Shown: positions 43,129 to 54,404, counted from the first letter of the whole stretch. The stretch: 60,063 nt of DNA, filler included, from 3 parts of 3 records of this genome joined end to end with filler, not necessarily neighbours in it, one strand, 5' to 3'. A program made the numbers and translations. Notes: generated from the sequence alone by a model not told the origin.

Positions 43129-44394
43129 TCACACCAAATACTGGAACAAATCAGGTTTGTTATTGAGATAATCCCCATAGAAATTGTTCTCTTTCATCCG
43201 TTGGATCAAAGGCTCCAGATCGTCGGGCGATTTTAGTTCCACCCCAACAATGGCAGGCGCATTTTCCCTACTCGATTTTTTGGAATATTCAAAATGTGTA
43301 ATGTCGTCATTGGGCCCCAAGATATCCACTACAAACTCTTTCAAAGCCCCTGGACGCTGCGGAAACCTCACTATAAAATAATGCTTCAATTGGGCATACA
43401 ACAAGGCCCTTTCCTTGATTTCGGCCGTACGGGTAATATCGTTATTACTTCCGCTTACCACACAAACGACGTTTTTGCCTTTGATTTCTTCCTTAAAATA
43501 GTCCAAAGCCGTAATCGTCAGGGCGCCTGCGGGTTCCACCACAATGGCATCCCTGTTATAGAGATCCAAGATGGTCTGGCACACTTTCCCTTCGGGAACG
43601 GTGATCATTTTATGTAAATGCGCTTTGCAAATGGGATAGGTCAACGACCCAACCTTTTGAACGGCTGCTCCGTCGATAAACTTATCGATGTTTTCCAACT
43701 CCACCAGTTCACCCTCTTCTATGGATTTAAGCATGGATGGTGCTCCTTCCGGCTCCACCCCAATAATCTTTGTCTTGGGGGACAATGCTCGGAACGTGCC
43801 ACACAATCCCGATGCCAATCCACCACCGCCAACGGCCACAAAAACGTAGTCGATGGGTTCATTGGATTGTTGCAGTATCTCCAAACCAACGGTTGCTTGG
43901 CCCTCGATGGTTTTTTCATCATCAAACGGATGTACAAAGGTTTTACCCTCTTGCTCACAAAATATTTGGGCGGATTTTTTGGAATCGTCAAAGGTGTCTC
44001 CCTCCAAGACCACATCAACCCATTCACCACCGAACATCTTGGTCTGGTCTATTTTCTGCTTTGGAGTCACCACGGGCATATAAATGGTCCCTTTTACCCG
44101 CAAACGACTACAGGCAAAGGCAACCCCCTGCGCGTGGTTTCCAGCACTGGCGCAAACCACACCGCTGTCCAATTGTTTTTGGCTTAACGAACTTATTTTG
44201 TTGTACGCACCGCGGATTTTGTAGCTGCGTACCCTGTGAAGATCTTCTCTTTTGAGAAGAATATTGGCCCCATGCGATTTGGAATAGCGGATACTTTGCT
44301 GCAAGGGTGTTTCCTCTGCCACTTGGGCAATGGTCTTTGCTGCTTGATAAATATCCGCTATTTGCGGAAAATAGGTTTCCACAGTTTCAGTCAT
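43129..44394 (-). CDS. ilvA: Threonine ammonia-lyase (short biosynthetic form)
   Basis: RSYKIRGA, ASAGNHAQG, VGGGGL, FPQRPGAL (single ACT domain). Confidence 0.95.
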   Translation of the reverse strand: MTETVETYFPQIADIYQAAKTIAQVAEETPLQQSIRYSKSHGANILLKREDLHRVRSYKIRGAYNKISSLSQKQLDSGVVCASAGNHAQGVAFACSRLRVKGTIYMPVVTPKQKIDQTKMFGGEWVDVVLEGDTFDDSKKSAQIFCEQEGKTFVHPFDDEKTIEGQATVGLEILQQSNEPIDYVFVAVGGGGLASGLCGTFRALSPKTKIIGVEPEGAPSMLKSIEEGELVELENIDKFIDGAAVQKVGSLTYPICKAHLHKMITVPEGKVCQTILDLYNRDAIVVEPAGALTITALDYFKEEIKGKNVVCVVSGSNNDITRTAEIKERALLYAQLKHYFIVRFPQRPGALKEFVVDILGPNDDITHFEYSKKSSRENAPAIVGVELKSPDDLEPLIQRMKENNFYGDYLNNKPDLFQYLV

Positions 44395-44412
44395 GGGGCC
44401 AATGGTTTTGCG

Positions 44413-45888
44413 TTATCCTATTGGCTTCATTGCGGTCATGGATGCACGCAATCTTGCACCGACAACTTCTACATCATGCTCGCGGATCGCTTTGTTCACA
44501 GCAATCAACCTTACGTTGTCCACGCCGGTATCTTTGCCTTCGCCAAAGTGTTTTCCAATGATTTCCGTATCCACCTGCTTCATAAAATCGGTCAACAATG
44601 GCTTACAAGCATGATCGAACAAATAACAACCGTATTCAGCCGTATCGGAAATCACACGGTTCATTTCGAACAATTTCTTTCTTGCAATGGTGTTGGCAAT
44701 CAATGGTGTCTCATGCAACGATTCGTAGTACGCGGACTCGCCGATGATCCCTGACTCGGTCATGGTCTCGTAGGCCAATTCCACACCGGACTTCACAAAG
44801 GCGACCATCAACACGCCATTGTCGTAGTATTCCTGCTCGGAGATTTCCATATCCCCTGCCGGTGTTTTTTCAAATGCGGTTTCTCCCGTGGCAGCTCTCC
44901 AGTCCAATAGGTTTTTATCCCCATTGTCCCAGTCTTCCATCATGGTTTTGGAGAAATGTCCGCTCATAATGTCATCCATATGCTTTTGGAACAATGGACG
45001 CATGATCACTTTCAATTCTTCGGCCAAATCAAAGGCTTTGATCTTGGCTGGATTGGACAAGCGGTCCATCATATTGGTAATACCTCCCTGCTTCAAACCT
45101 TCGGTAATGGTTTCCCACCCGTATTGAATCAATTTGGAGGCGTAGGCTTCATCCACTCCTTTTTCGACCATTTTGTTGAAGGAAAGAATAGATCCTGTTT
45201 GCAACAAACCACAAAGAATAGTCTGCTCTCCCATCAAATCTGACTTTACTTCCGCCACAAATGATGACTCAAGAACCCCTGCCTTGTCCCCACCGGTTCC
45301 AGCCGCATACGCTTTGGCCTGTTCCAAACCTTTTCCTTCCGGGTCGTTTTCTGGATGAACGGCAATCAAAGTAGGTACACCGAACCCTCTTTTGTACTCT
45401 TCACGCACTTCCGAACCAGGACTTTTTGGGGCCACCATAATCACAGTAAGGTCCTCACGTACCTGCATTCCTTCTTCCACAATATTGAAACCGTGCGAGT
45501 AGGACAACGTAGCTCCTTTTTTCATCAAAGGCATTACTGTGCTTACCACATTGGTGTGCTGCTTGTCCGGGGTAAGGTTGATGACCAAATCAGCGGTTGG
45601 AATCAATTCCTCGTAAGTTCCCACCGTAAAGTTGTTTTCCTTTGCGTTTTTGTAGGATTGACGTTGTTCCTTGATTGCAGCTGGACGCAGAGCATAGGAG
45701 ATGTCCAAACCGGAGTCACGCATGTTCAGTCCTTGGTTCAACCCTTGGGCACCACACCCAACAATTACAATTTTTTTTCCTTTTAGTGCGGTAACACCAT
45801 CAGCAAACTCGCTGGAATCCATAAATCTACATTTCCCCAACTGTGTCAGTTGTTCGCGAAGTGATAGTGTGTTAAAGTAATTTGCCAT
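44413..45888 (-). CDS. ilvC: Ketol-acid reductoisomerase (long, class II)
   Basis: [35 protein letters not shown]; 491 aa. Confidence 0.97.
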   Translation of the reverse strand: MANYFNTLSLREQLTQLGKCRFMDSSEFADGVTALKGKKIVIVGCGAQGLNQGLNMRDSGLDISYALRPAAIKEQRQSYKNAKENNFTVGTYEELIPTADLVINLTPDKQHTNVVSTVMPLMKKGATLSYSHGFNIVEEGMQVREDLTVIMVAPKSPGSEVREEYKRGFGVPTLIAVHPENDPEGKGLEQAKAYAAGTGGDKAGVLESSFVAEVKSDLMGEQTILCGLLQTGSILSFNKMVEKGVDEAYASKLIQYGWETITEGLKQGGITNMMDRLSNPAKIKAFDLAEELKVIMRPLFQKHMDDIMSGHFSKTMMEDWDNGDKNLLDWRAATGETAFEKTPAGDMEISEQEYYDNGVLMVAFVKSGVELAYETMTESGIIGESAYYESLHETPLIANTIARKKLFEMNRVISDTAEYGCYLFDHACKPLLTDFMKQVDTEIIGKHFGEGKDTGVDNVRLIAVNKAIREHDVEVVGARLRASMTAMKPIG

Positions 45889-45912
45889 TTTTAATATTTG
45901 ATTTTACGCTAT

Positions 45913-46364
45913 TTAGTTTTCTTGAAATTCCTGTAATATTTCGCTGATCGGCATTGCCGCCTTCGTCACCGCAATGCGACCCGAACGCACAAACTGCATA
46001 ATGCCGTAGGGCAAAAGCGCATCGTGCATTTCGTCTATTTCGTGCCTGCGACCTGTTTTGGCCAAGGCAAAAAACTCACGGTTCACGGTTACGATCTGTG
46101 CATTGCTTTCTTTGATGATATTCTGAATCTGCCTTTCATCGAACAACAAATGCGAAGCGATCTTGAACAATGCCGATTCTTGATAAATGGTTTCATCATC
46201 GGTATGGTAATAGGCCTTAATGACCTCTATCTGCTTTTCAATCTGACCCACGATCTTGCGTGTCCAATCCTCTGTCGTGAAAACCACAATCGTAAATTTT
46301 GAAACACCCTCAATCTCTGATTTTGAAACATTTAAACTTTCAATATTAATGTGTCCCTTTAAGA
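45913..46364 (-). CDS. ilvN: Acetolactate synthase small subunit (5' truncated by gap)
   Basis: INIESLNVSKSE.., QIEKQIEVIKA, FVRSGRIA; directly upstream of ilvC. Confidence 0.9.
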
Positions 46365-46464
46365 NNNNNNNNNNNNNNNNNNNNNNNNNNNNNNNNNNNN
46401 NNNNNNNNTTAATTAATTAANNNNNNNNNNNNNNNNNNNNNNNNNNNNNNNNNNNNNNNNNNNN
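46365..46464. other. Artificial contig-joining spacer
   Basis: N run containing TTAATTAATTAA at 46409-46420; G+C rises sharply after it. Confidence 0.97.
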
Positions 46465-47051
46465 ATCTGGACGGCACCACCGATATCACCCGCACGGTGA
46501 TTGTGGGCACCCCAACGGACGAGATGAAAGACCGCTTCACCCGCGTGCTCAAGGGCCATATCGCCATTGCAACTGCACGCTTCCCTGAGGGAACTGCGGG
46601 CATGGCGCTTGATGCCATGGCACGCCGCCCACTGTGGGACATTGGCTGTGACTATGACCATGGCACAGGCCACGGTGTTGGCTCCTTCCTTGCGGTGCAT
46701 GAAGGGCCGCAGCGTATAGCCAAAAAGGGCACCGACGTACCGCTTGAGGAAGGCATGATCTTGTCTAACGAGCCAGGCTATTACCGCGAAGGTGCCTACG
46801 GCATCCGCATTGAAAACCTGATTGTGGTGCAGAAGGTACAGGAGAAAACCGAGCGGCCGATTTTCGCGTTTGAAAACCTGACATGGGTACCGATCGACCG
46901 CAACCTGGTGGATGTGAACTTGCTTGATAGCCGGGAGCTTAAGTGGCTGAACGACTATCATGCCCGCGTGTTTGAGCTGATTGGCCCGCTGGTGGATGAT
47001 AGCACCAAGGAATGGCTGCAGGTGCAAACCGCACCCCTGATGGCAGCCTGA
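46465..47051 (+). CDS. Xaa-Pro aminopeptidase (M24B), 5' truncated
   Basis: DGTTDITRT, HGTGHGVG, HEGP, SNEPGYY, GIRIEN. Confidence 0.93.
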
Positions 47052-47101
47052 TATAAGCCGCTCTAGCCGCCGCCGTGTCGCGGCGGCTTCTACCGCCAGT
47101 A

Positions 47102-47530
47102 CTATGCTGCGGCGATGATCTCAAAATCTGCCGTGATGTCCGCAAGCGCACCAAGCTGCACCGACGCTGAGCAGTATTTTTCCTTGGAAAGCTTGATCGC
47201 ACGCTCAACATGCTTGGGGTCAACCTCCACGCCTGTTACCACAAAATGCATGTGAATTTTAGTGAAGTAGCGTGGGTGCTCTTCCGCGCGTTCGCTGGTC
47301 ATATCAACCCAGCAGTCGGTTACCTTTTGCCGCGCTTTCTGCAAAATCATCATCACATCGATTGACGAGCAACCGCCAGCACCCAAGAGCAGCATTTCCA
47401 TTGGGCGAATACCATGGTCACGACCACCGCTGTCTGCGCCTGCATCCATTACCACCGCGTGGCCTGAAGGGCTTTCGCCAATGAAGGTCATGTCACCTGC
47501 CCATTTAACCCGTGCAGTTTTTGCTGCCAT
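47102..47530 (-). CDS. OsmC/YhfA family protein
   Basis: RPMEMLLLGAGGCS..LSKEKYCSAS. Confidence 0.9.
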   Translation of the reverse strand: MAAKTARVKWAGDMTFIGESPSGHAVVMDAGADSGGRDHGIRPMEMLLLGAGGCSSIDVMMILQKARQKVTDCWVDMTSERAEEHPRYFTKIHMHFVVTGVEVDPKHVERAIKLSKEKYCSASVQLGALADITADFEIIAAA

Positions 47531-47602
47531 TTGATTACTCCTCAAAATGATATTTCCCGCTTTTAGCCGGGCTTGTGCCTGGGCGCAACCATCAGCGCTG
47601 TG

Positions 47603-48259
47603 TCAGTCTGCCGGGAAAATGGGTTCTTCCATGCCCTCATGCCACTGCCGATATTTACGCATCACGGCTTTGAAGCGCGCGCTTGCCTTAAAGTCTTCAA
47701 GCCAGCGGCGCATATGTGAATATGGCGCGTCTTCCCACCAGCCTTTGGCGGCGCCCGCGAACTGGCGGATGAACGGCAGGATGGCATAATCTGCAAGGCT
47801 TGGCCGCGCACCAAACAGCCATTTGTTTTCACCCAATTGAGCCTCAAGACGCTTGAGATAAACCTCAGCCCCGGCGCGGTGCTCTGCGGGGTCTGCATCC
47901 TCATAGCGGGTGGCGTATTTAAAACGGTCCAGATGGTGTTTGAAATCACCGTCGTTCAAAGCGATCAGCTCAAGCATCTGATCCATGCTGCCATACTCAG
48001 GGGCCAGCCAGCCCTCAGGGTCGCTCTTCCTCAGCGCCCACAGCATGACATCAAGGCTTTCATCAACCACAGCACCACCGTGCAGTACCAGCACTGGCAC
48101 CGTGCCCTTGGGGGAAGCCTTGAGCATAGCTGCCGGTTTGTCGCGCAGCACCACTTCCCTGAGCTTTACCTCAACCCCGGCGGACGCCAGCGCGAGCCGG
48201 GCCCGCATGGCATAGGGGCACCGGCGAAAGCTGTAGAGAATGGGCCGCGTATCCGTCAT
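47603..48259 (-). CDS. Glutathione S-transferase
   Basis: LYSFRRCPYAMRAR, SPKGTVPVL, ES, SLADYAILPF. Confidence 0.93.
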   Translation of the reverse strand: MTDTRPILYSFRRCPYAMRARLALASAGVEVKLREVVLRDKPAAMLKASPKGTVPVLVLHGGAVVDESLDVMLWALRKSDPEGWLAPEYGSMDQMLELIALNDGDFKHHLDRFKYATRYEDADPAEHRAGAEVYLKRLEAQLGENKWLFGARPSLADYAILPFIRQFAGAAKGWWEDAPYSHMRRWLEDFKASARFKAVMRKYRQWHEGMEEPIFPAD

Positions 48260-48264
48260 TGCTT

Positions 48265-49221
48265 TTATGCGTCCTCGGCTACGACGGCAGCCTCGTCACC
48301 AGCGCGCGGCTTGGTGATGCCAATGTGTTTTTCACCGCGATTTTTCGCCAGCATGATCTGCTTCTGCCGCTCCGCAAACCGCTCCTTCTGCTCAGGCGTG
48401 GTTTCCTCATGGCAATATGGGCAGCTCACCCCCTCCACAAACTCGGGCAGCTCTTTTTCTTCTTCCGAGATGGGGCGGCGGCAGGCGCGGCACATGTCAT
48501 AGTCGCCCGGCTCAAGGCCGTGGCGCACCGACACACGCTCATCAAACACGAAGCAGTCACCTTCCCACAGGCTTTGATCTTCCGGCACTTCCTCAAGGTA
48601 TTTCAGGATGCCGCCCTCAAGATGATAAACTTCGTCATAACCCTGCTCTTTCATGAACGCCGTTGACTTCTCGCACCGGATACCGCCGGTGCAGAACATG
48701 GCAACCTTGGGCTTTTTGAGCGTGTCTTTGTTTTCTGCGGCCCACGCCGGAAACTCTCGGAAAGATTTGGTTTTCGGATCCACCGCACCCTTGAAGGTGC
48801 CAATCGCGACCTCATAGTCGTTACGCGTATCAACCACCACCGTATCCGGGTCCGAGATCAGTGCGTTCCAATCCTCAGGTTTCACATAGGTGCCAACGAT
48901 TTTGTTGGGGTCGATACCGTCCACGCCCATGGTGACGATCTCTTTTTTGAGACGAACCTTGGCACGCAGGAAAGGTTCCTCGTCAGCCCAGCTTTCCTTA
49001 TGGATGAGGTCAGCAAACTCGGAGTGCCCTCGCAGGTAAGCCAGCACATTGCGCACACCAGCTTCAGGCCCCGCGATGGTGCCATTGATGCCTTCTGCCG
49101 CCAGCAGGAGCGTGCCCTTGACGTCATTGGAGATACAGATTTCAGTGAGGGGCGCCTGCAAAGACGCATATTCAGGCAACCTCACAAATTTGTAGAGGGC
49201 CGCAACAAGATAGTTCGACAT
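48265..49221 (-). CDS. trhO: Rhodanese-domain tRNA uridine-34 hydroxylase (YceA/TrhO)
   Basis: [37 protein letters not shown]. Confidence 0.9.
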   Translation of the reverse strand: MSNYLVAALYKFVRLPEYASLQAPLTEICISNDVKGTLLLAAEGINGTIAGPEAGVRNVLAYLRGHSEFADLIHKESWADEEPFLRAKVRLKKEIVTMGVDGIDPNKIVGTYVKPEDWNALISDPDTVVVDTRNDYEVAIGTFKGAVDPKTKSFREFPAWAAENKDTLKKPKVAMFCTGGIRCEKSTAFMKEQGYDEVYHLEGGILKYLEEVPEDQSLWEGDCFVFDERVSVRHGLEPGDYDMCRACRRPISEEEKELPEFVEGVSCPYCHEETTPEQKERFAERQKQIMLAKNRGEKHIGITKPRAGDEAAVVAEDA

Positions 49222-49520
49222 ATGTTTCCCATTTCAGCAGTTCGGCTCGCAAAGCCGGATCCAAAATTGAGGGGCGTTATACAGGCGTTAGAACCAGATG
49301 TAAAACCTGCACAAAATTGCCCGGCAAAGAAGTGGAAAACGGGCTGATTTTTCACGCGCTAAAAGCGAGTGATTTTCACTCTCATACGCAACTGGAAAAC
49401 TGGAAAAAGTCGTGCAATTAATAGGGATTAGCAACTATAGAAAGAGTTTGGCGCATGCCGCTATGGTTGTTATAGTAGGGGCCAATTCAGATATCCCCAC
49501 CGTATGCAAGGAGGCTCGTC

Positions 49521-50000
49521 ATGAAAGGCGACAAAAAGGTTATCCAATACCTGAATGTGATTCTCAAAAACGAGCTCACGGCCATTAACCAATATTTCCT
49601 CCACTCCCGCATGCTCAAAGACTGGGGCATGAAAAAAATTGCCGATAAGGAATATGAAGAGTCCATCGACGAGATGAAACACGCCGATAGCCTTATAGAG
49701 CGAATTCTGTTCCTTGAAGGCCTGCCAAACCTGCAGGACCTTGGCAAATTGATGATCGGTGAGGACGTGAAAGAGATCCTCGAGTGTGACCTCAAGATGG
49801 AACACACTGCCCATGTGGACCTCAAGGAAGCCATCGCTTACTGCGAAGAGGTGCGTGACTATGGTTCACGCGACCTGCTGGAAGATATCCTTAGCTCAGA
49901 GGAAGAGCATATCGACTGGCTGGAAACGCAGTTGAGCCTCGTTGGCAAAATGGGCATGGAAAACTACGTTCAACTGCAAACACCGGCGGCGGAGGACTAG
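49521..50000 (+). CDS. bfr: Bacterioferritin
   Basis: [39 protein letters not shown] Shine-Dalgarno. Confidence 0.97.
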   Translation: MKGDKKVIQYLNVILKNELTAINQYFLHSRMLKDWGMKKIADKEYEESIDEMKHADSLIERILFLEGLPNLQDLGKLMIGEDVKEILECDLKMEHTAHVDLKEAIAYCEEVRDYGSRDLLEDILSSEEEHIDWLETQLSLVGKMGMENYVQLQTPAAED

Positions 50001-50022
50001 GTTTCACACCCGTTTGAAAGAC

Positions 50023-50057
50023 AAAAAAGCCACTGATTTCTCAGTGGCTTTTCTTTT
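50023..50057. terminator. Bidirectional rho-independent terminator
   Basis: AAAAAAGCCACTGA-TTTC-TCAGTGGCTTTTCTTTT between convergent bfr and bfd. Confidence 0.88.
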
Positions 50058-50091
50058 CCCCAATCACACACCTGACTTGGTGTTGCAATTT

Positions 50092-50283
50092 CTATTCTGC
50101 CGCAAGCACTCGCCGGTTAGGCAACTCTTCCTCTACAAGGTTGGTTGCACAGTCACGGCACGCGCCACAGCAAAACCCGTTGCCGAGTGACATATAGGCT
50201 TCGTCCACGCAATTAACCCCGCCTTCGCGCACAGCGCTGCGGATCTCACGGTCAGTATAGCCATTACATAAACATACGTACAT
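50092..50283 (-). CDS. bfd: Bacterioferritin-associated ferredoxin
   Basis: MYVCLCNG..CCGAC (2Fe-2S), 63 aa from ATG 50283. Confidence 0.9.
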   Translation of the reverse strand: MYVCLCNGYTDREIRSAVREGGVNCVDEAYMSLGNGFCCGACRDCATNLVEEELPNRRVLAAE

Positions 50284-50306
50284 TGAGCGACTCACATGTC
50301 CTTGCG

Positions 50307-50325
50307 ATTGCGAACAATTCGCAGT
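50307..50325. promoter_or_regulatory. Putative alphaproteobacterial Fur-type operator
   Basis: Palindrome TGCGAA-CAA-TTCGCA (50309-50323) just upstream of bfd; resembles the TGCGA-N5-TCGCA Fur-alpha/Mur box. Confidence 0.65.
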
Positions 50326-50510
50326 ATCAATACCGAAATTCTCAGATACGGTCAACAAAAACCGCATGAACATGGGGTTTTTCGCCTCATTCTCAGATGT
50401 ACGCCAGATAAGCTATTGTAATAATTCACAGTCTGAGGATGCAATTATAGGGCGAGGCTGCTAATATCTAAGGCCTCGGCACCAATCTGACTGGAGTTTA
50501 TTGGAACCGT

Positions 50511-51080
50511 ATGATTCTTAACCGCGACAATCTGACAATAGATAGCCAAGGCGGGCTCGACCTCCCGAGCGCCATTCAGCCCATGTGGCAGATTTGGCAG
50601 GGCTTGCGAAACGGTGACCCGGCAGTCATTCCACCCAAATCGGCGATCAGCATTCAGGGCCTCAGGAACATCCTGCCCGGTATTGTGCTCAGCGAACGGC
50701 TTAATGCACAAACAATCACCATCAGGCTTGCGGGTTCTGCGGTTGAAGAATCTGTGGGTCAGCGTCTGGCTGGTCTCAATCTGGTTGATCTGAGCCCGGC
50801 CAACCAGCGTGAAGGCATTCAGGCCATCTACGCGGCCGTATTCTCCAAGCCCTGTGGTTTCCATATCACAGAAGTGCTGCGCCTTCGCGGGGACCGGAAA
50901 GCCCGCCTGCACGCGCTGGTTTTGCCGCTCAGCGATAAGGACGGCAATGCGCGCTTCACCATCGGGCACTATGTGTTCACCGGCGCCGGGTATGACGACG
51001 CTCAGGGGCAGGCTGCCATTGAGCACCGACAGATCGACCTTTTTGGCCATATCGATCTTGGCTTCGGCCTTCCGGACTAA
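50511..51080 (+). CDS. PAS_5 (DUF1457-like) domain protein
   Basis: W..LR.....P, IRLAGS..E...G..L.G.N, LVLPL pattern. Confidence 0.75.
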   Translation: MILNRDNLTIDSQGGLDLPSAIQPMWQIWQGLRNGDPAVIPPKSAISIQGLRNILPGIVLSERLNAQTITIRLAGSAVEESVGQRLAGLNLVDLSPANQREGIQAIYAAVFSKPCGFHITEVLRLRGDRKARLHALVLPLSDKDGNARFTIGHYVFTGAGYDDAQGQAAIEHRQIDLFGHIDLGFGLPD

Positions 51081-51293
51081 TTTTTCATAAAACTAAGGTT
51101 TACTGCCGCATTTTCGCCATTTCGCCATGCTTTGGTGTGTGCTTGTGGCCAGCTTATTTTGCAATGTTCATCAAAGTTTCAAAATGCGTTGCGAGGAGTG
51201 GTCCAAAGGTTTTATTAGCCGTCTTCGTTCGGCAAAAATTTATGTTAGAATATAGGCAGCCGTGTGTACCTGCCCCTATTTTGGGAAATACAT

Positions 51294-52505
51294 ATGCCCT
51301 TTGATACTCACAACCTGCGCCCCAAACGCATCGCGCTGTTTTCCGGCAATTATAACTATGTGATGGACGGCCCAGTTCGGGCGCTCAATAAGCTTGTGGA
51401 GTATCTTGAAAAACAGGGTATTGAGGTCCTGGTTTTTGCGCCCACAGCAAAAGAGGCCGCCTTTCGCCACAAGGGAACACTTGTCTCCGTGCCATCGGTT
51501 TGCCTGCCCGGAAAGCGCAGCGAATACAGGCTGGCGCTTGGCATGCCGCGCCGGGTTAAACGCCAACTGGAAGCGTTCGAGCCTGACCTGATCCATCTGG
51601 CCGCACCAGATATTCTTGGCTGGCGTGCGCTTGCATGGGCAAAAAAACACGGCGTGCCCGCTGTGGCATCCTTTCACACACGGTTTGATACCTACCCGCG
51701 CTACTACCACATGGCATGGCTGGAAAAATATATCACCGCGCTGATGCGCCGGTTTTATCACCGGTGCGAACAGGTTTATGTGCCCTCTGAATGCATGAGA
51801 ACTATCCTTTCAGAGCAAAATATGGCGAAGGACCTTCGCATCTGGAGCCGGGGGATAGACGCAGAGCAATTCTCACCAGAACGCCGTGAGATGAGCTGGC
51901 GCCGCAGCCTTGGCATCAGGGATAGCGAGGTGGTCATCTCTTTCGTCGGGCGGCTGGTTCTTGAAAAAGGGCTTGGTGTTTTTGCCGATACGCTGGACGC
52001 GCTCAAGCGGCGCGGCGTGCCCTATAAAGCGCTGATCGTGGGGGCGGGGCCAGAGCGTGAGCGTTTCGCGGAACTTCTGCCCGAAGCTATCTTTACCGGT
52101 TACCTGCAGGGTGATGATCTTGCCCGCGCATACGCGAGCAGCGATATTTTCTTCAACGCCAGCATCACGGAAACCTTTGGTAACGTGACGCTCGAGGCCA
52201 TGGCATCCGGAGTGCCTGCGGTGTGTGCGGATGCAAGCGGCAGCCGCTCGCTCGTCACATCAGGCGAAACAGGCTTTCTGGTGGAACCCGGCAATGTCGA
52301 AGCCTTTGCAGACAGACTTGCGCTTTTGATTGAAGACCCTGTGCTCCATAAAGCGATGGCAAAAGCCAGCTATGAAACAAGCAAGGGCATCACATGGGAC
52401 GCCGTGCTCGGCAGGCTGCTGGAACAGTATAGTGAAGCCGTCAGCAACTGCCCGTCAAAGCCATGGCGGCAATCAACCCGCCCGGATTTTTCCGCCGCAG
52501 AATAG
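51294..52505 (+). CDS. GT4 family glycosyltransferase
   Basis: SFHTRF..Y, WSRGID, FVGRLVLEKG, ETFGNVTLEAMASG. Confidence 0.92.
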   Translation: MPFDTHNLRPKRIALFSGNYNYVMDGPVRALNKLVEYLEKQGIEVLVFAPTAKEAAFRHKGTLVSVPSVCLPGKRSEYRLALGMPRRVKRQLEAFEPDLIHLAAPDILGWRALAWAKKHGVPAVASFHTRFDTYPRYYHMAWLEKYITALMRRFYHRCEQVYVPSECMRTILSEQNMAKDLRIWSRGIDAEQFSPERREMSWRRSLGIRDSEVVISFVGRLVLEKGLGVFADTLDALKRRGVPYKALIVGAGPERERFAELLPEAIFTGYLQGDDLARAYASSDIFFNASITETFGNVTLEAMASGVPAVCADASGSRSLVTSGETGFLVEPGNVEAFADRLALLIEDPVLHKAMAKASYETSKGITWDAVLGRLLEQYSEAVSNCPSKPWRQSTRPDFSAAE

Positions 52506-52607
52506 TGCGGCGCCCCGCGCGGGTTTGACAGCGGGTGACCGGTACGTCATAAGCCCGCGGCAGAACTCCCCCAAAGGCTTTGGGGCCAAAACGATAAAGG
52601 TAGCTCT

Positions 52608-53615
52608 TTGCAGGCCATTAAAAATCTGTTGTCGACCGAGACTTTTGAACGCGTTCAGGCCAACCGCCCCTTGATGCTTCTGCTGAAGGCCCTCCAGGTT
52701 CTGGTGATGGCTGGCGTTGTGCTGTTTCTCGTCAGCAAACTCACGGATATTGGCTGGCATGAGGTTTGGGAAGCGCTGCCCACCACGCCCTGGTTCTACG
52801 TCATTTTTATCGTGATGTTTTTCACGTTCCCGCTGGCGGAACTTCTGGTTTACCGCATCATGTGGAAGGTGGATTTCAAAGGCCAGTTTGGTGTTTTTGT
52901 CCGCAAGCGGGTTTATAATTACGCCGTGCTTAGCTATTCGGGCGAGGCTTATATGGCCTTCTGGGCACGCAGGCGGCTTGATATCCGTGACCGTGTGATC
53001 TTCTCCACCATCAAGGATAGCAATATCCTCTCAGGGTTAGCGTCCAACAGTTTCACGGCCATTTTGCTGGCGGTGTTTTTTCTCACCGGCCAACTAAGCA
53101 TCATCACCGACGCCGATCCGGACTATAAAAGCTATCTGATACTGGCCGCCCTTGTGGGGCTTATCCTCGTGCCTGTAGTGCTGCGTTTTCGCAAACACAT
53201 CATCTCGCTTGCACCTGACGTAGCGAAAAAGGTGTTCCTTATTCACCTCACGCGCCTTGTGCTGCTGCTACTTTTGCAGACCTTGCAGTGGAGCGTGGTG
53301 CTACCCGATGTGCCGTTTAACATGTGGATGCTGTTCCTCACGGCGCAACTGGTGCTGACCCGTGTGCCTTTCCTGCCGAACACAGACCTTCTCGTGGCGG
53401 GGCTTGGGCTAACCCTCATGGGGTATGTGGACGCACCGCAGGCGACGCTTGCCAGCATGTTTGTGGCTGCTGGCGCCCTGTCGCAAGCCATGAACTTTGC
53501 GGCTTTCCTCGCCACATCTGTCCGGCTATACGCGCCGCGCCAGCGCCCGCTGGTGCCCGGCGGCGCAGAAGATGAAGAGCCCGGCGAAGGCGCCGCAGCC
53601 GCCAAGTCGGCTTGA
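52608..53615 (+). CDS. Multi-pass membrane protein, lysylphosphatidylglycerol synthase TM/flippase-like
   Basis: ~8 hydrophobic segments, N....YSGE motif; adjacent to the GT4 gene. Family assignment is inference. Confidence 0.6.
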   Translation: MQAIKNLLSTETFERVQANRPLMLLLKALQVLVMAGVVLFLVSKLTDIGWHEVWEALPTTPWFYVIFIVMFFTFPLAELLVYRIMWKVDFKGQFGVFVRKRVYNYAVLSYSGEAYMAFWARRRLDIRDRVIFSTIKDSNILSGLASNSFTAILLAVFFLTGQLSIITDADPDYKSYLILAALVGLILVPVVLRFRKHIISLAPDVAKKVFLIHLTRLVLLLLLQTLQWSVVLPDVPFNMWMLFLTAQLVLTRVPFLPNTDLLVAGLGLTLMGYVDAPQATLASMFVAAGALSQAMNFAAFLATSVRLYAPRQRPLVPGGAEDEEPGEGAAAAKSA

Positions 53616-54217
53616 CCTCAACACCGCGTTTACCTTTCCTTGAAACTAGCATGCTACGCTGTGCTCAGGTCTTCCAGGAATCAGGATATCGGGATATCAA
53701 TTTGTTCAGCACCAACAGTACCAGCCCCATTTCGCACACTGAATTTGGCGAATTCACCCAGGTTCAGGGCGACGCAGTGCGTGGCCGTAACCGTGTGACC
53801 GACTATTTTTACGACTATTGGCTGTCAAAACATGAGGGTGACAAACTGCCCTGCCGCGCTGATATCCGCCCCAATGACCTTTCTCGCTACCTTGACCATG
53901 TGGTGATTATGGACGTGAGCGATGAAGAGGCTTTCCGCCTGACGGTGCGCCTCATCGGCACCCATGTTGCCAATTTCTATGGCGAGATAACCGGTAAAGA
54001 CATTCACACCATGGCCAACCAGCAGGCGGCGGAACGCATTTATCTCGTTTCAAAACGTGTAGTGCGTGAACGTCTGCCCTTCCTCACCATCACGCCCGCG
54101 TTTGCGCAAGAACGCCAGTATCTTGAGGCCTTCGCGCTTTATCTTCCGCTTTATAATGCTGCGACAGAGATTGAAAAAATCCTCGTTGCTGTGGATATCC
54201 GTTCGTTATACCGCTAG
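53612..54217 (+). CDS. PAS_5 domain protein (true start probably later)
   Basis: YWLSK..LPCRADIRP, RLIGT, YGEITG, LYLPL. Confidence 0.78.
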   Translation: MTSTPRLPFLETSMLRCAQVFQESGYRDINLFSTNSTSPISHTEFGEFTQVQGDAVRGRNRVTDYFYDYWLSKHEGDKLPCRADIRPNDLSRYLDHVVIMDVSDEEAFRLTVRLIGTHVANFYGEITGKDIHTMANQQAAERIYLVSKRVVRERLPFLTITPAFAQERQYLEAFALYLPLYNAATEIEKILVAVDIRSLYR

Positions 54218-54404
54218 GCTGAACCGGCTTTCAAAGGGCTTGGCAAAAACGCGTAAGCTAGGTAAGCTGACCATATGGTCAAGATTGAAGCATAGGGCAA
54301 TCCAAAGGCCTTTCAGCAACGAGAATGGATAGCAGGCTCAACAGAGAACAAGGCGCAATGCTGCGCCTGACGGGTCGAGCCCTGCGCGAAACGGGAAAAG
54401 CATC

